DNA from: a virus
DNA: 64,000 nt
Virus record (IMG/VR): IMGVR_UViG_3300029870_000003
Location: 1-64,000 of that record
Reading direction: 5' to 3' (one strand)
The notes beneath the pieces were generated by a model that did not search any database, had not been told where the DNA came from, and worked only from the letters and a program-made list of their open reading frames with translations. Below, in pieces: positions 45,759-55,900 of this stretch (its first letter is position 1; each line of letters opens with the position of its first letter). The translations under genes were made by a program, and so were the position numbers.

Positions 45759-46034
45759 TTAGTAATCTTCTCCGTAATCACTTCTGTAATCACGTCCACG
45801 GTCTTCACGTTGGCGCATGTCGTCGTACTCCTCATGCTCTCGCATACCACTTCTGCCTCCACGACCTCTATAATCGGGCATGCGGTTGCGCTCGCCGTAT
45901 CGGTCACGTCTGCCATCACGCTTCATTTCGCCCAGGCAGTTCATAGCCTTATCCAAGTAGCGCAAGCCCTTCTCCACGTTCTCATACAAGCCATCAAACT
46001 TGTCTTCTGTAATCTCAACCATTATCATAATCAT
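45759..46034 (-). CDS. RG/RD-rich low-complexity protein (91 aa)
   Basis: RDGRRDRYGERNRMPDYRGRGGRSGMREHEEYDDMRQREDRGRDYRSDYGEDY. Confidence 0.35.
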   Translation of the reverse strand: MIMIMVEITEDKFDGLYENVEKGLRYLDKAMNCLGEMKRDGRRDRYGERNRMPDYRGRGGRSGMREHEEYDDMRQREDRGRDYRSDYGEDY

Positions 46035-46067
46035 AAGATTTTTAAAGTGAATAGATAGGGTAGGAGA

Positions 46068-46568
46068 TTACTTGCTTGCCACCTGTTCGAGCAATCCCAT
46101 CATCCTGTCAAGCTTGCCCTCCATGCCCGAAACCTTGCCTTCCAGCTTGGAAATCTTCTCAGCCTGTTCCTTCTCCTTGGCTATCTGGGGGTTGAGTTGC
46201 AGTAGCATTCCCTCACAAGAATCAACGACCCTCTTGTGGTAATCTACGCTCTCCAGTATCGCCTTGGATTGTCTCAGCATTGTATCGACCTCCGCACTCA
46301 TGGCTTCCTTGTTGTCGCTCACCACAAGATTCTTGTCGTTCGCTATCTGTCCGTTGGCAGGTAGCTGCTTGAAATCCACCTCCTCATCGTTCAGCTTCAC
46401 TTTCACATCAACCACAGTCTCCATAGGCTGAGGCGTGAAGCCATTGTTAAAGGTAGGGTATTTCGTCTGAGGGTTGCTCACCGAAACAACCTGACCGATC
46501 TTCAAGTTCGGGTTCTCGCCCTTGTCGAGCACGTAGAATAAAGAATTTGTTCGTAGTCCTTGAAACAT
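46068..46568 (-). CDS. Hypothetical protein (166 aa) with C-terminal coiled coil
   Basis: ORF; KEKEQAEKISKLEGKVSGMEGKLDRMMGLLEQ. Confidence 0.4.
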   Translation of the reverse strand: MFQGLRTNSLFYVLDKGENPNLKIGQVVSVSNPQTKYPTFNNGFTPQPMETVVDVKVKLNDEEVDFKQLPANGQIANDKNLVVSDNKEAMSAEVDTMLRQSKAILESVDYHKRVVDSCEGMLLQLNPQIAKEKEQAEKISKLEGKVSGMEGKLDRMMGLLEQVASK

Positions 46569-46597
46569 AATGTAATCTCCTATTATCTATTCTGTTG

Positions 46598-46942
46598 TTA
46601 AACAATACCCGTCATCAGCTGAAGGGTGTTAGTATCTCGCTCGAACCAGAGCTGAACGACTCCAGTTCCCGGCACGTCTGCAACCGTCAATGCTTCACCA
46701 TTGAATTTGGTTACAGTCTGTGTTACTCCGTTGGTCTCGAAAAGGATAGGCAGCGTACCAGTCGTTCCAGTCGGAATAGCCTGCATCAGATTCACGAAAA
46801 TCGTTCCCCTGTAGTTGGCATTCACGAAGGCGTGGTTTTTAAAGGTGAACACCACATTGGCAGTATTCACCTTCACGCCTGTTGAAGCGATAGCCGCCGA
46901 ACCGTTACGATTCACCCAAGTAAAAGGTCTTAACCATAACAT
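46598..46942 (-). CDS. Hypothetical beta-rich protein (114 aa)
   Basis: ORF. Confidence 0.4.
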   Translation of the reverse strand: MLWLRPFTWVNRNGSAAIASTGVKVNTANVVFTFKNHAFVNANYRGTIFVNLMQAIPTGTTGTLPILFETNGVTQTVTKFNGEALTVADVPGTGVVQLWFERDTNTLQLMTGIV

Positions 46943-46957
46943 AGCAGCCTCCTTTCT

Positions 46958-47962
46958 TTAACCCCAGAATCCTGCACCGTTGGCAGCATTCAAACCATAC
47001 AAGCCAGCCTGATAAGCCACGCAGTTAGGAACCGCAGTAAATGGGCTGTAAGGAGTAGTCACAGTCTCAGGCAACTTACACTTGATGCTAGCCACCTCGT
47101 TCTGCAAGCCAGCCAATACCTGATTGATAGGTGCTACAGCCTGACCCACGATTTGTGAAGTCATAGCAGATGCCTTGAAGGTACTGTTCTCCTCACGCAG
47201 AGCATCAATCTTATTCTGCATTTCACGCATCTCCTGCTGCTTCTGACCGTTGACGATGGTAAGAGTGCTTTCCTTGATGGCATTTTTTAACTCACAAGAC
47301 TGGTCCTTGGTAGCATAGGCAAGGGAAGAAGCCGCACGCTCCTGACCTACTGCCACGTTGTTGATGGCATTCTGCAAGGTTCCAGTCTGCTGACACATCG
47401 CCAACTTGATATTGCCGTCCATGGCGGTAATGTTGTTGTTGGTCTTGCAGCAGCATTCTGCCAACTGGGTAGCGATTGCGTTGTTACCCTGCATGATGGC
47501 GGTCAATACCTGATTTGCAGTCATGCCCATCTGGTTGCCGACACCGCAAATCTCCTTGCTTACACCATTGATGGCAGCGATAACGTTACCAGTAGTAGTG
47601 TTGAGAGCAGTAGCGAGCGACTGAACATCGAAGCCATTGCGCTGAACAGCCTGCATGATAACAGCCGTATTGGCATCGTTGTTAATCATAGGAGCAACAC
47701 CGCCCTGTCCGTTAGGCATGAAGCCACCACAGTTGGAACCGCCGAAGAAGTTGCCTCTACCCATGATGATGAAGAGAAGCAAGATGGCAAACAAATCATT
47801 GCCCCAACCGCCACCATTGCCCTTGCCGTTGCAGAGAGCAAACAGACTTGGATCTACACCCTGTCGCTGCATAAGTGCTGGGAGCATAGCGAGAATGCTA
47901 TTGAAACCGCCGCCCTGGCTGGTTCCGTTCTCCCCGAATACGTAAGTTTTTGACTCACTCAT
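46958..47962 (-). CDS. Gly/Asn/Gln-rich single-TM protein (334 aa)
   Basis: GGGFNS...GKGNGGGWGN...TM LFAILLLFIIMG...GNFFGGSNCGGF; Cys cluster ECCCK; promoter box TAacTTTG at 48005-48012 (minus). Confidence 0.45.
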   Translation of the reverse strand: MSESKTYVFGENGTSQGGGFNSILAMLPALMQRQGVDPSLFALCNGKGNGGGWGNDLFAILLLFIIMGRGNFFGGSNCGGFMPNGQGGVAPMINNDANTAVIMQAVQRNGFDVQSLATALNTTTGNVIAAINGVSKEICGVGNQMGMTANQVLTAIMQGNNAIATQLAECCCKTNNNITAMDGNIKLAMCQQTGTLQNAINNVAVGQERAASSLAYATKDQSCELKNAIKESTLTIVNGQKQQEMREMQNKIDALREENSTFKASAMTSQIVGQAVAPINQVLAGLQNEVASIKCKLPETVTTPYSPFTAVPNCVAYQAGLYGLNAANGAGFWG

Positions 47963-48212
47963 AATAAAATAATTTATCCGTTTCGTCCACTATTGAACTT
48001 GGTGCAAAGTTACAAAGAAGTTGATGCCCTGCCTAACTATGCTCAAATATTATTTTTGGAGAGGTAAGTTATTGATTAACAGAGCGATATGCTGAGTAAT
48101 CTGCTGCTCATAGCATCAGTCCAGTTACCTCATGGTTAAAAACTCGATTTTTGAAAACTGTTAAATGATGTAAAGTGCCGATAAACAAAGGGGATTCCGC
48201 CGATAATTCGTA

Positions 48213-48262
48213 AACCAGTTTTAAACTAGTTTACGACTGGTTTACATATTACAAATTTATTA
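48213..48262. promoter_or_regulatory. Operator-like cluster of three GTAAAC/GTTTAC half-sites (cGTAAACcag-ttttaaaCTAGTTTAC-gaCTGGTTTACat)
   Basis: 9-bp perfect inverted repeat gtaaaccag/ctggtttac flanking the palindrome aaactagttt; in the divergent region upstream of the Rha block; -7 box TAtcTTTG at 48298-48305. Confidence 0.4.
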
Positions 48263-48462
48263 ACTTTAAAAATTGTGCTTATTCCGAAAATTCGTGCTAT
48301 CTTTGCACTCGTAAGTTCGTGAGGTGAGAGGCACAAACAGACAAAGAATTAATGGATTTTATCATACAATATATAATGCCCTGTCTGCACCTCTCACACT
48401 AGCGGATGGGGCATTTCTTATGCCCTTTCATTTGAAGTTAAATTTTAAAATATATATTATTA

Positions 48463-48734
48463 TGGCAAAGGATTTTAAAAATGTAAATGAGGCGTTTAAG
48501 TCAGAAGAGTTATTTACCTGCTCAGACGTACAGGTTCAGGTAGAAACTTCCACCATGTTTTCAGTAGATGAAGATGGGAATCCAGTAAAGGCTACCGAGG
48601 ATGTTGTTGCTGTCAGCATGTACGACAACGCTAACGAAGGCGAGTTCTTTATGCAGCTTAACAAGCAACATGCACTAAAGTTAATTGAGGCTATTGCGAA
48701 AGCAGCATCTTTGTTGAGAGATAACGTAAATTAG
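48463..48734 (+). CDS. Hypothetical protein (about 90 aa from MAKDFKN)
   Basis: ORF; listed longer in the track, but the upstream part overlaps the promoter. Confidence 0.35.
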
Positions 48735-48739
48735 TCGGC

Positions 48740-49483
48740 ATGAATGATTTGGTCTTCAAAGGTGCAAACAACCTGGTTCTGACAAATAGTTTGTTGGTAG
48801 CCCAAAAGTTTGGAAAGCGTCATAGTGATGTGATAAGAAGTATTGAGAAACTTCTTAATGTTGAAGACAAATCACTGAACGCAAAAATGCGTTTAGCCTT
48901 TGAATCAACAAGTTACAATGATGTTACTGGAAAAAGCAACCCTATGTACATAATGAACGAAAAAGGTTTTTCTATACTTGTTATGGGTTGGAATGGAGTC
49001 AATGCCTTAAAATTCAAAGATGAATTTTATGATGCTTTCGACAACATGAGAAGAGTTCTGGTAAATGAGCAACCAAAACAGATGTCTCAGTTGGAGATTC
49101 TCCAAATGTCCATCAACCAACTTGTTTCACAAGAACGAAGAATCGCCATGATCGAGGAAAAGGTTGCCAATATGGAGAAGGAGAGAATAGAGAATAGACA
49201 AAAGCTTCTTGAAGCAGAGACCTCTACTAATTCTGTTCCGGAAATCAAGCTCCGTGACAAAGTCCGCCAGTTAGTAAATCAATATTCTGCAGCAACAGAT
49301 ATTAAGCAGCAAGATGTCTGGAGAAAGATTTATCAGAATTTGTATTATGGATTTGGTATATCTATAAATGATTATAAGAAAAAAGCTAAGCAAAACAAGT
49401 TGGATATAGCAGAAGAACATGGCTTCCTCGGGAAAATGTACGATGTAATATCAAACATGATTAAAGAGTTGAAGGCTATATAA
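48740..49483 (+). CDS. Rha-family phage regulatory protein (247 aa)
   Basis: N-terminal NNLVLTNSLLVAQKFGKRHSDVIRSIEKLL matches the Rha family signature (..VTTSL.VAE.FGKRH.NVLR.IE). Confidence 0.6.
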   Translation: MNDLVFKGANNLVLTNSLLVAQKFGKRHSDVIRSIEKLLNVEDKSLNAKMRLAFESTSYNDVTGKSNPMYIMNEKGFSILVMGWNGVNALKFKDEFYDAFDNMRRVLVNEQPKQMSQLEILQMSINQLVSQERRIAMIEEKVANMEKERIENRQKLLEAETSTNSVPEIKLRDKVRQLVNQYSAATDIKQQDVWRKIYQNLYYGFGISINDYKKKAKQNKLDIAEEHGFLGKMYDVISNMIKELKAI

Positions 49484-49623
49484 TATAATAAGGTGGAGTG
49501 CGAAATGTACCACACCTTATTTTGCTTCTGTCTAAACTATGAAGAAAAATGCACTTAGGTGATACAACCTATTGATATTTTTAGTAAATTTGCGCAAAAA
49601 TTAACGCTTTAACAATTACGATT
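49474..49623 (+). promoter_or_regulatory. Copy B of the terminator-miniORF-promoter cassette: hairpin, mini-ORF MKKNALR-stop (49539-49562), -7 box TAaaTTTG (49590-49597)
   Basis: About 85 percent identical to 23556-23705; ends at the ATG of the next gene. Confidence 0.55.
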
Positions 49624-49926
49624 ATGAAGAAATGGCTTTTATGTTTTTATGTGTTCTTGGGATGTTTTGTTCTGAGATTGATTAGTGACGCCACTAGTAT
49701 CTTTCATGACACATCAGAGATTGACGATGGATTGTATCATCCCACTCCATTTGTGAAAAGACTCACAGAATCTTTTACGGTTTTGCTGGATATGATTATT
49801 ATGATACCGATTGCATTACTTATATATCATTTTCTTGGCGAAAAGAACCAATATAGAGTATTGATTACCCTACTAAGTTCTTGGGCTATCTATGACATTA
49901 TTTTCCATGTAGTAAAAATGCTTTAA
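49624..49926 (+). CDS. Membrane protein (100 aa), moron-like
   Basis: Signal/TM at the N-terminus and a second TM helix; own promoter cassette; terminator at 49940-49975. Confidence 0.45.
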   Translation: MKKWLLCFYVFLGCFVLRLISDATSIFHDTSEIDDGLYHPTPFVKRLTESFTVLLDMIIMIPIALLIYHFLGEKNQYRVLITLLSSWAIYDIIFHVVKML

Positions 49927-49982
49927 TTTGCTATAGTGTAAAAGAGAGGAGTGAGCCTTGTACCCACTCCTTTTTCTCTATA

Positions 49983-52900
49983 TTAATTCAACTTATCCAA
50001 ATCATCCACCGCTTCCATCATGATTCTATCAATATTCTGATTGGCAAAATTAATGGATTCCGTATCAGAAGATTTATCTCTAAGCTTCTTCCACTGCTTC
50101 ATCTGCTTCTCAGCCAGTTCTATCACCCTAACCTTGGCAGCATCCTTGGAGTTCTGGAATCTGTAGTAATCAGAATAGTTACTGATTCTCTTCTCAATCG
50201 GAACGTTCTTCGATTTCAGTCTATCCACGTTCGCAATCATCTTCTCCATTTCATCCTTGTAGTTGTACCACTTACTCTTGGTTCGCTGCAAGCTACTCTG
50301 CTCGTTCGGCGTATAGAGAAGAGAGCGAATGAAAGGAATATCCTTGGTTTCCGTATCTTTGCCGTTCTTCACCAAACCGCCAACTCGCTCTACGAATGTA
50401 GCAGCACCGCCCAAATAACTTCCGTAGAAATGGTGCAGGGCAGAAGGATTCGTAACAGCATCAAGGAAATCATTACCCTTCATATCCTCGTTGCCAGCAG
50501 CAACATCGTTCGACCAGGCATTTGCCTTCTTATTCATGTTTATCATCCATTCAGGCGTTCCTCTATATGCAAGCATCCATGATGGCTGATTCTCGTCATA
50601 CTTATCGTCACGCTGAATAGGAGCACCCTTCCAGTCGCTATTGTACACCCACTCCAAGAAAGGAGCCGTAGGAGAAGGTGCCACCGCCTTGATGGTTTCC
50701 TGAGCAGGATGCTTACCAAACGAAGAATTACCGAGATAATCAGCCACAGGAACCAGCTGAGACATGCAGCCTACAGCGTCCATGAACGGATTCAGATACT
50801 TGTCAATATCCTTATTCTCCGTAAGGTTTGGCATCTTCTGGCTTGAAATATTCTTCGAGAAGGTCATGCCGGCAGCAAAGTCACCCAAGCCATAGAAAGC
50901 TCTCTCCTCAATCGCAAGCGGAATAGTAACGAACTCGCCACCACCAATATATACACATAGGTTATTTCTTCTGATATAATCAGGAAGCTCTGCGTATGGG
51001 TCCTGCACGCCCTTTCTGTCCTTCTCATCCTCATGGCTGATGACGAAGTTATTGAGGAGAGCCATAGCCATACCGCTGATAAATGGAGCACTGGCTATAT
51101 AGCCGATGGTGCCAGCTTTGTTGTTCTTGAAGTTCTTAATCAGAAGATTGGTACTCTGAATACCTGCATTGAAGAACATGGAACCATTTCTGAACCAAGC
51201 AGCAGAGAAGCCGTAGATATTCCTTCTTGCAGTCTTGCCTGTTCCCATTTCCCCATTCTTGAAAGAGTAAACGGCGTTACCCGAACCATGACGGTTAAAA
51301 TTGGTTGATACTTCCTTCGCATCATACACCGAACGGATGATAGAGCGGTTACTGTCACGACTAGCGCAATAGGTAGCGAAGCGAGCCAAATTCTCGGCAA
51401 TCTCATTGACGTTCTCCAAGTTCTTGAAGATAGCGTCATAAAAGCCCTTGCCAACCTTTTGAGTCTTCTTTCGTTCGCCTTCGATGTGCATCTTGTATCT
51501 GTCTGTCCAGTCCTTCATGTTCATAATCTGAACCCAACCAGTCTCGCCGCCGTTCTCCATAAACTCCTTGAAGTATTTCTGAACCCTGTCAGAAGTATCA
51601 AGTGTTCCGTTGCGGTATTTGGCAAACAGACCGAAGCCGCCTGTATCTCCAAAATCTTTCAGCTTGGAATTTCTGATACCTTCGATAAGACCCACCTTAG
51701 CGTAGTACTTTTCAAATCTCTTGGTATATGCAAAACCTTCCTTTGCCAAAAGGTTAGTTGATGCAAACTCAAAGTCCTTGATCATGTTTCGCATCACGAA
51801 CTCTGGGTTGAAGGAAGTGCAGAGCTGAGCCATAGCTCTTGAAATCTTGGCAGTAACTCGTCCTGCCAGAGAATCGTTCTTATGCTCCAGCAACCCATTC
51901 AACGCCTGCGCCGCTCTAGGATTTCCATTGATAATGAACGCATGGGTCCTTCCGGCAATCTTCACGTCCACGATGTGCTGCGATTTGTTCTCCGCTCTCT
52001 GGAACTTATAGCCAATCGTGCCTCTGCGGTAAACCTTCGATGCTAAGTTCTGCAATGCCTTCGCCTTCATGTCCTTGTTGAAATCAGAAACAATCTGGTT
52101 GATTTCGTCAGCAGTAGCATCCTCAGGAATATCAGGATAACGCTCATATACGATACCGGTCATAGGGTCCTTCTCATACCATACACTCGTTTCAGTAATC
52201 AGATTATTGTTCGAGTTGTTTCTTGCGAATCTCGCAAACGCCTGTCTGATGGCATTCATACCGCCGTTCTTGATAGCCCTGTTGCCCATCGCACCAATCT
52301 GCGCCAGTACGTTAGTCTCACTCAGATACTTGTGTCCTCTCGCTCTCATGATCGTGCTTCCGATGTAGCTCTTAGGGTCGCCCACCTCCGTGATATAACC
52401 ATACACATCTTCCGCCGTAGCCTCATCATACTTTCTCAAAGGCACATACCAGTTGAACATATTGGAAACATGACCGTAGAGTTCACTGCTGATGATACCA
52501 TTCTTATAGTCGCTGTCAATCGAATACTGGGTAGCAGCCTTCACCTTATCCCAATAGTCCTTCACAGCTCCCTTCTTGATGCTCTCCATCTTTGCTTCCG
52601 AATCCATCACACTCTGAATAGCCTCAGCATCATCGTAAGGGTCAGAAGATTTCGCTACCTCCTGAATAGCGTGAATACCCGAATAGTCGTGCTCGCCAGC
52701 CTCGAAGTCGGCATCAAAGTGGTTTCTGATACTCTCGTCCAACTGTCTGTAGTACTCCTTCAGGTCGATGTTGCCAGCCTTCAACTCATTGTCAAGATAC
52801 TCCTTATCGCTATAATAACTGTTTTCCAGGAAGTCAGCATCCTGCTTCTTCTTCTCGTCCCTTCTCATCTTCTTCAGGAAGTCACGAACAAAGAACACTC

Positions 52901-55900
52901 TGTTTCGCTCCAAGCCATGCTTGGTAATCATGTAGAGATTGAAGTTGCGAATCTTCTCATCATCCTTCTTTCCGTCGAAGGCATCCAGTACGTCAGCCAT
53001 CGCCTTATCCAGCGGCTTCATCACGTTGCGCTCAAACATCTGAGCCGCATCGCTCATCGCACCCTGCATGGTGTTCTGCAGCATATAAGGATTCTCAGAA
53101 GAAGCAATATCCTCAATCTTCTTGTCAGGCACAATCGCATTCATCAGTTTCTTCAATGAAAGCATATTGTCCATATAGCTCTCGGTGAACATATAACCGT
53201 GCTCATCCAGCGAACGGTGGTATCTGTCAAGTGCCGTGCCGGCAGATGGGGTGGTGCGAAGGTGAATATCACCATCTGTAGCTTCATTCCACTCACTCTT
53301 GGTAAGACTGTCCATACTGCGAACCTTGCCATCGTTGCCGTAGAACATGCCATCATGCGCCACGACAGCAGGCATACGGTCATTGTCGAGACGGTATTTC
53401 ACCGCCTCGGCTCTCATTTTCCAATAAGGATCATTCTGATTCTTCTGCAAGTTCTTGCTCAACCAGAGCAGATACTTCACATCTTTAGTATTAGGAGCAA
53501 TACGATAACCGATTTCATGAAGGAAATCAGATACCTTATTCTTGATACCATTCCAGAAGCCCGGTTCACCCTTGCCATCCTCGGCGAGTCGGGCGATACC
53601 TTCCTCAATGGCATCGTAGATATTCAGAGGATTGTACTTTCTCTCCTCATCCACCAGCTTCTTCAAAGCCGCATTCTCAGGCTTATCCAAGTCATACCAC
53701 ACATCACGAAGGAACTTGTCGAATCGTTCATCACCAAACAACTCTCTCATGCCCTTGTGTCCAACCACCTCATGCCAGATAGTCTTCTCGGCAGTATATC
53801 TATCGTGGATATTAGGCATGTAAAGATGCACATCGCCAGTCTTCTCATCATACCAACCGGTTATCTTTCTGCCTTCCTCAATAGCAGCCCTAGCCGCCTT
53901 GTTGGTGATTTCATCAACCGATGAAACCATCTTCACCTTGCCGCCAGTCTTCTGAGCCACCTTCTCCACATGGCTCTCAACCGATGAAGCAGGGTAGTTG
54001 CCATCACCGTGGTCCGTGCGGAACTTGGTGCCGCCGTCCTTGCCCCATACCTTAAAGGCATCCTTTGTCATTTTCACGTCAACGAACTTAGCCTGAGGGA
54101 ACTCCTGTTCCAGTTCAGCCATCTGCTGCAAGAACTTCTCCTTGGTTTCAGGAGCCTGTCTTCCCGATTCAACGGTAGTGATAGGAACGCCCAGTTTAGC
54201 CAACTCCCTAACCTGATTAGGAGTAACCACATTCCAAGGGATAGCCAAGCCAGTGCCCTTCAACTGCTCTGCGATACTCTCAGCCACCTCTGAATCAGGA
54301 ACCACTCTCACCGCCTTTCTCCATCGTGAAAGCATCACCTGTCTCTGTCTGTCCTTTGGCAGAAGACTGTTCACGGAACCAGAGTGCCATGGCACAAGAC
54401 CCACGGCATCCTTAGCACCTTCAGCGTGATAGCCGCTAGTCTTCTCGCTCTCAGGAATCTCCCATTCCACAACCTTGATGTTGCCTCTAGCGTAAGCACC
54501 GGTAAACTGGTCGTTCATCATAGAAGTGGAAGTGTGCATGTAAGGATTGTAGGCAGCGAGAATATCACGCTCACCAATACCTTTATTCTTGTCTGTTTTT
54601 ACGAGATTAAACTTGCCGTTCTTTACAAGGTCTGGTCGCTCGTCTGCGCCCATCCAAGCACCAATCTCGGTAGCATCGGTACGCTTTCCGTCAATGATAG
54701 CAGCCATAGGGGAGTACAACTTTCCGTCCACCTCCTGCATTCCGCTATACATTCTGAAAGTCTTCTCCTTGTTGAGGCGGTCCAGCTCGTCCTTGTCAGT
54801 AACCTTGTAGCCCTGATACTCATCCTTGAAAAGCTCATTATCGTTCTGGGAAGCAAAGTCAAACTGTTCCTTTCCGAAGTTGTCAAGAAGCTTGGTAAGA
54901 GTTCTTTCCATTTCCCCAAGCTTGTTATATTTAGGGTCTTTGCCAATCATTCGGCAGATAGCATTTATCAACTTCTGATACCACTTCTTGGCAGCAGGTA
55001 TCTTTCTCAAAGCACTACGCCATTCAGGTGAAGCAAGTTCGGTAATCATTTCTCTAGGATTCTCCAATCCGTAGTAGTCTCCCAGCTTGCCGTCTTTCTG
55101 CATCTTGATCAACTCATTGTAGATGTCAACCGCATCCTTGGCAGCCTCGATCTGCGAAGGAGAAAGCTTGTCTGTATGCCCCTTCTGATACATGGCAATA
55201 ATGTCAGAAGTAAGAGGATGCAGCATTTCGTGGCAAAGAGTAGATGCAAGATTCTGTTTTGCATAACCAGCTGCGCTGAGTCTGTCAACATTCAGCTTGA
55301 TGAAATTCTCTGAGTGTTTGTAGTAGCCCTTGGTTCTTGCCAGTTCAATGCTACCCATATAGAACTCTGTTCCAAGGCTTCGCAAACTGTTTACGATACT
55401 GTCATAGAGTTCCTTTATTTCTGGGTCAGAATTGTAGTCGTTGAAGATTCTGTCAATCGTTTCGTAAGAAACAGGCTCATCCCTCTTTAGCCCATAAGTT
55501 TCCTGAAGAGATTTCGACCTTGCGAGAATATACGCCTTAGCCCTTTCTGCTGCGGCTTTTCTGATAGAGAGTGCTTTGTAGTCGTTGAGAACATCAAGTG
55601 CTCTTCTTTCTCCGCCTCCTCCTGGCAGAGTCTTAGCTTCTCCTCCAGTTCCTTCTTGTTGTCCTTTATCTGAGGTATTGCGTCCACTACCACTTCCCTC
55701 AGAATTGATTTTTCTGAGGATGGAGTTAACAAGCTCTCCGATGTTGGCATCTTTTCTGATTCCGTACTTTGTTTCATACTCATTAATCTTCTTGGTTAAA
55801 TCGTCAATAACAGTGTTAAGACCTTCTGATAGTGTAAAGTTTTTGTTTTCATCTACTTCCCAACTATTCAGTGTCTGGTCTTTTGAATACAAGTCGATGG

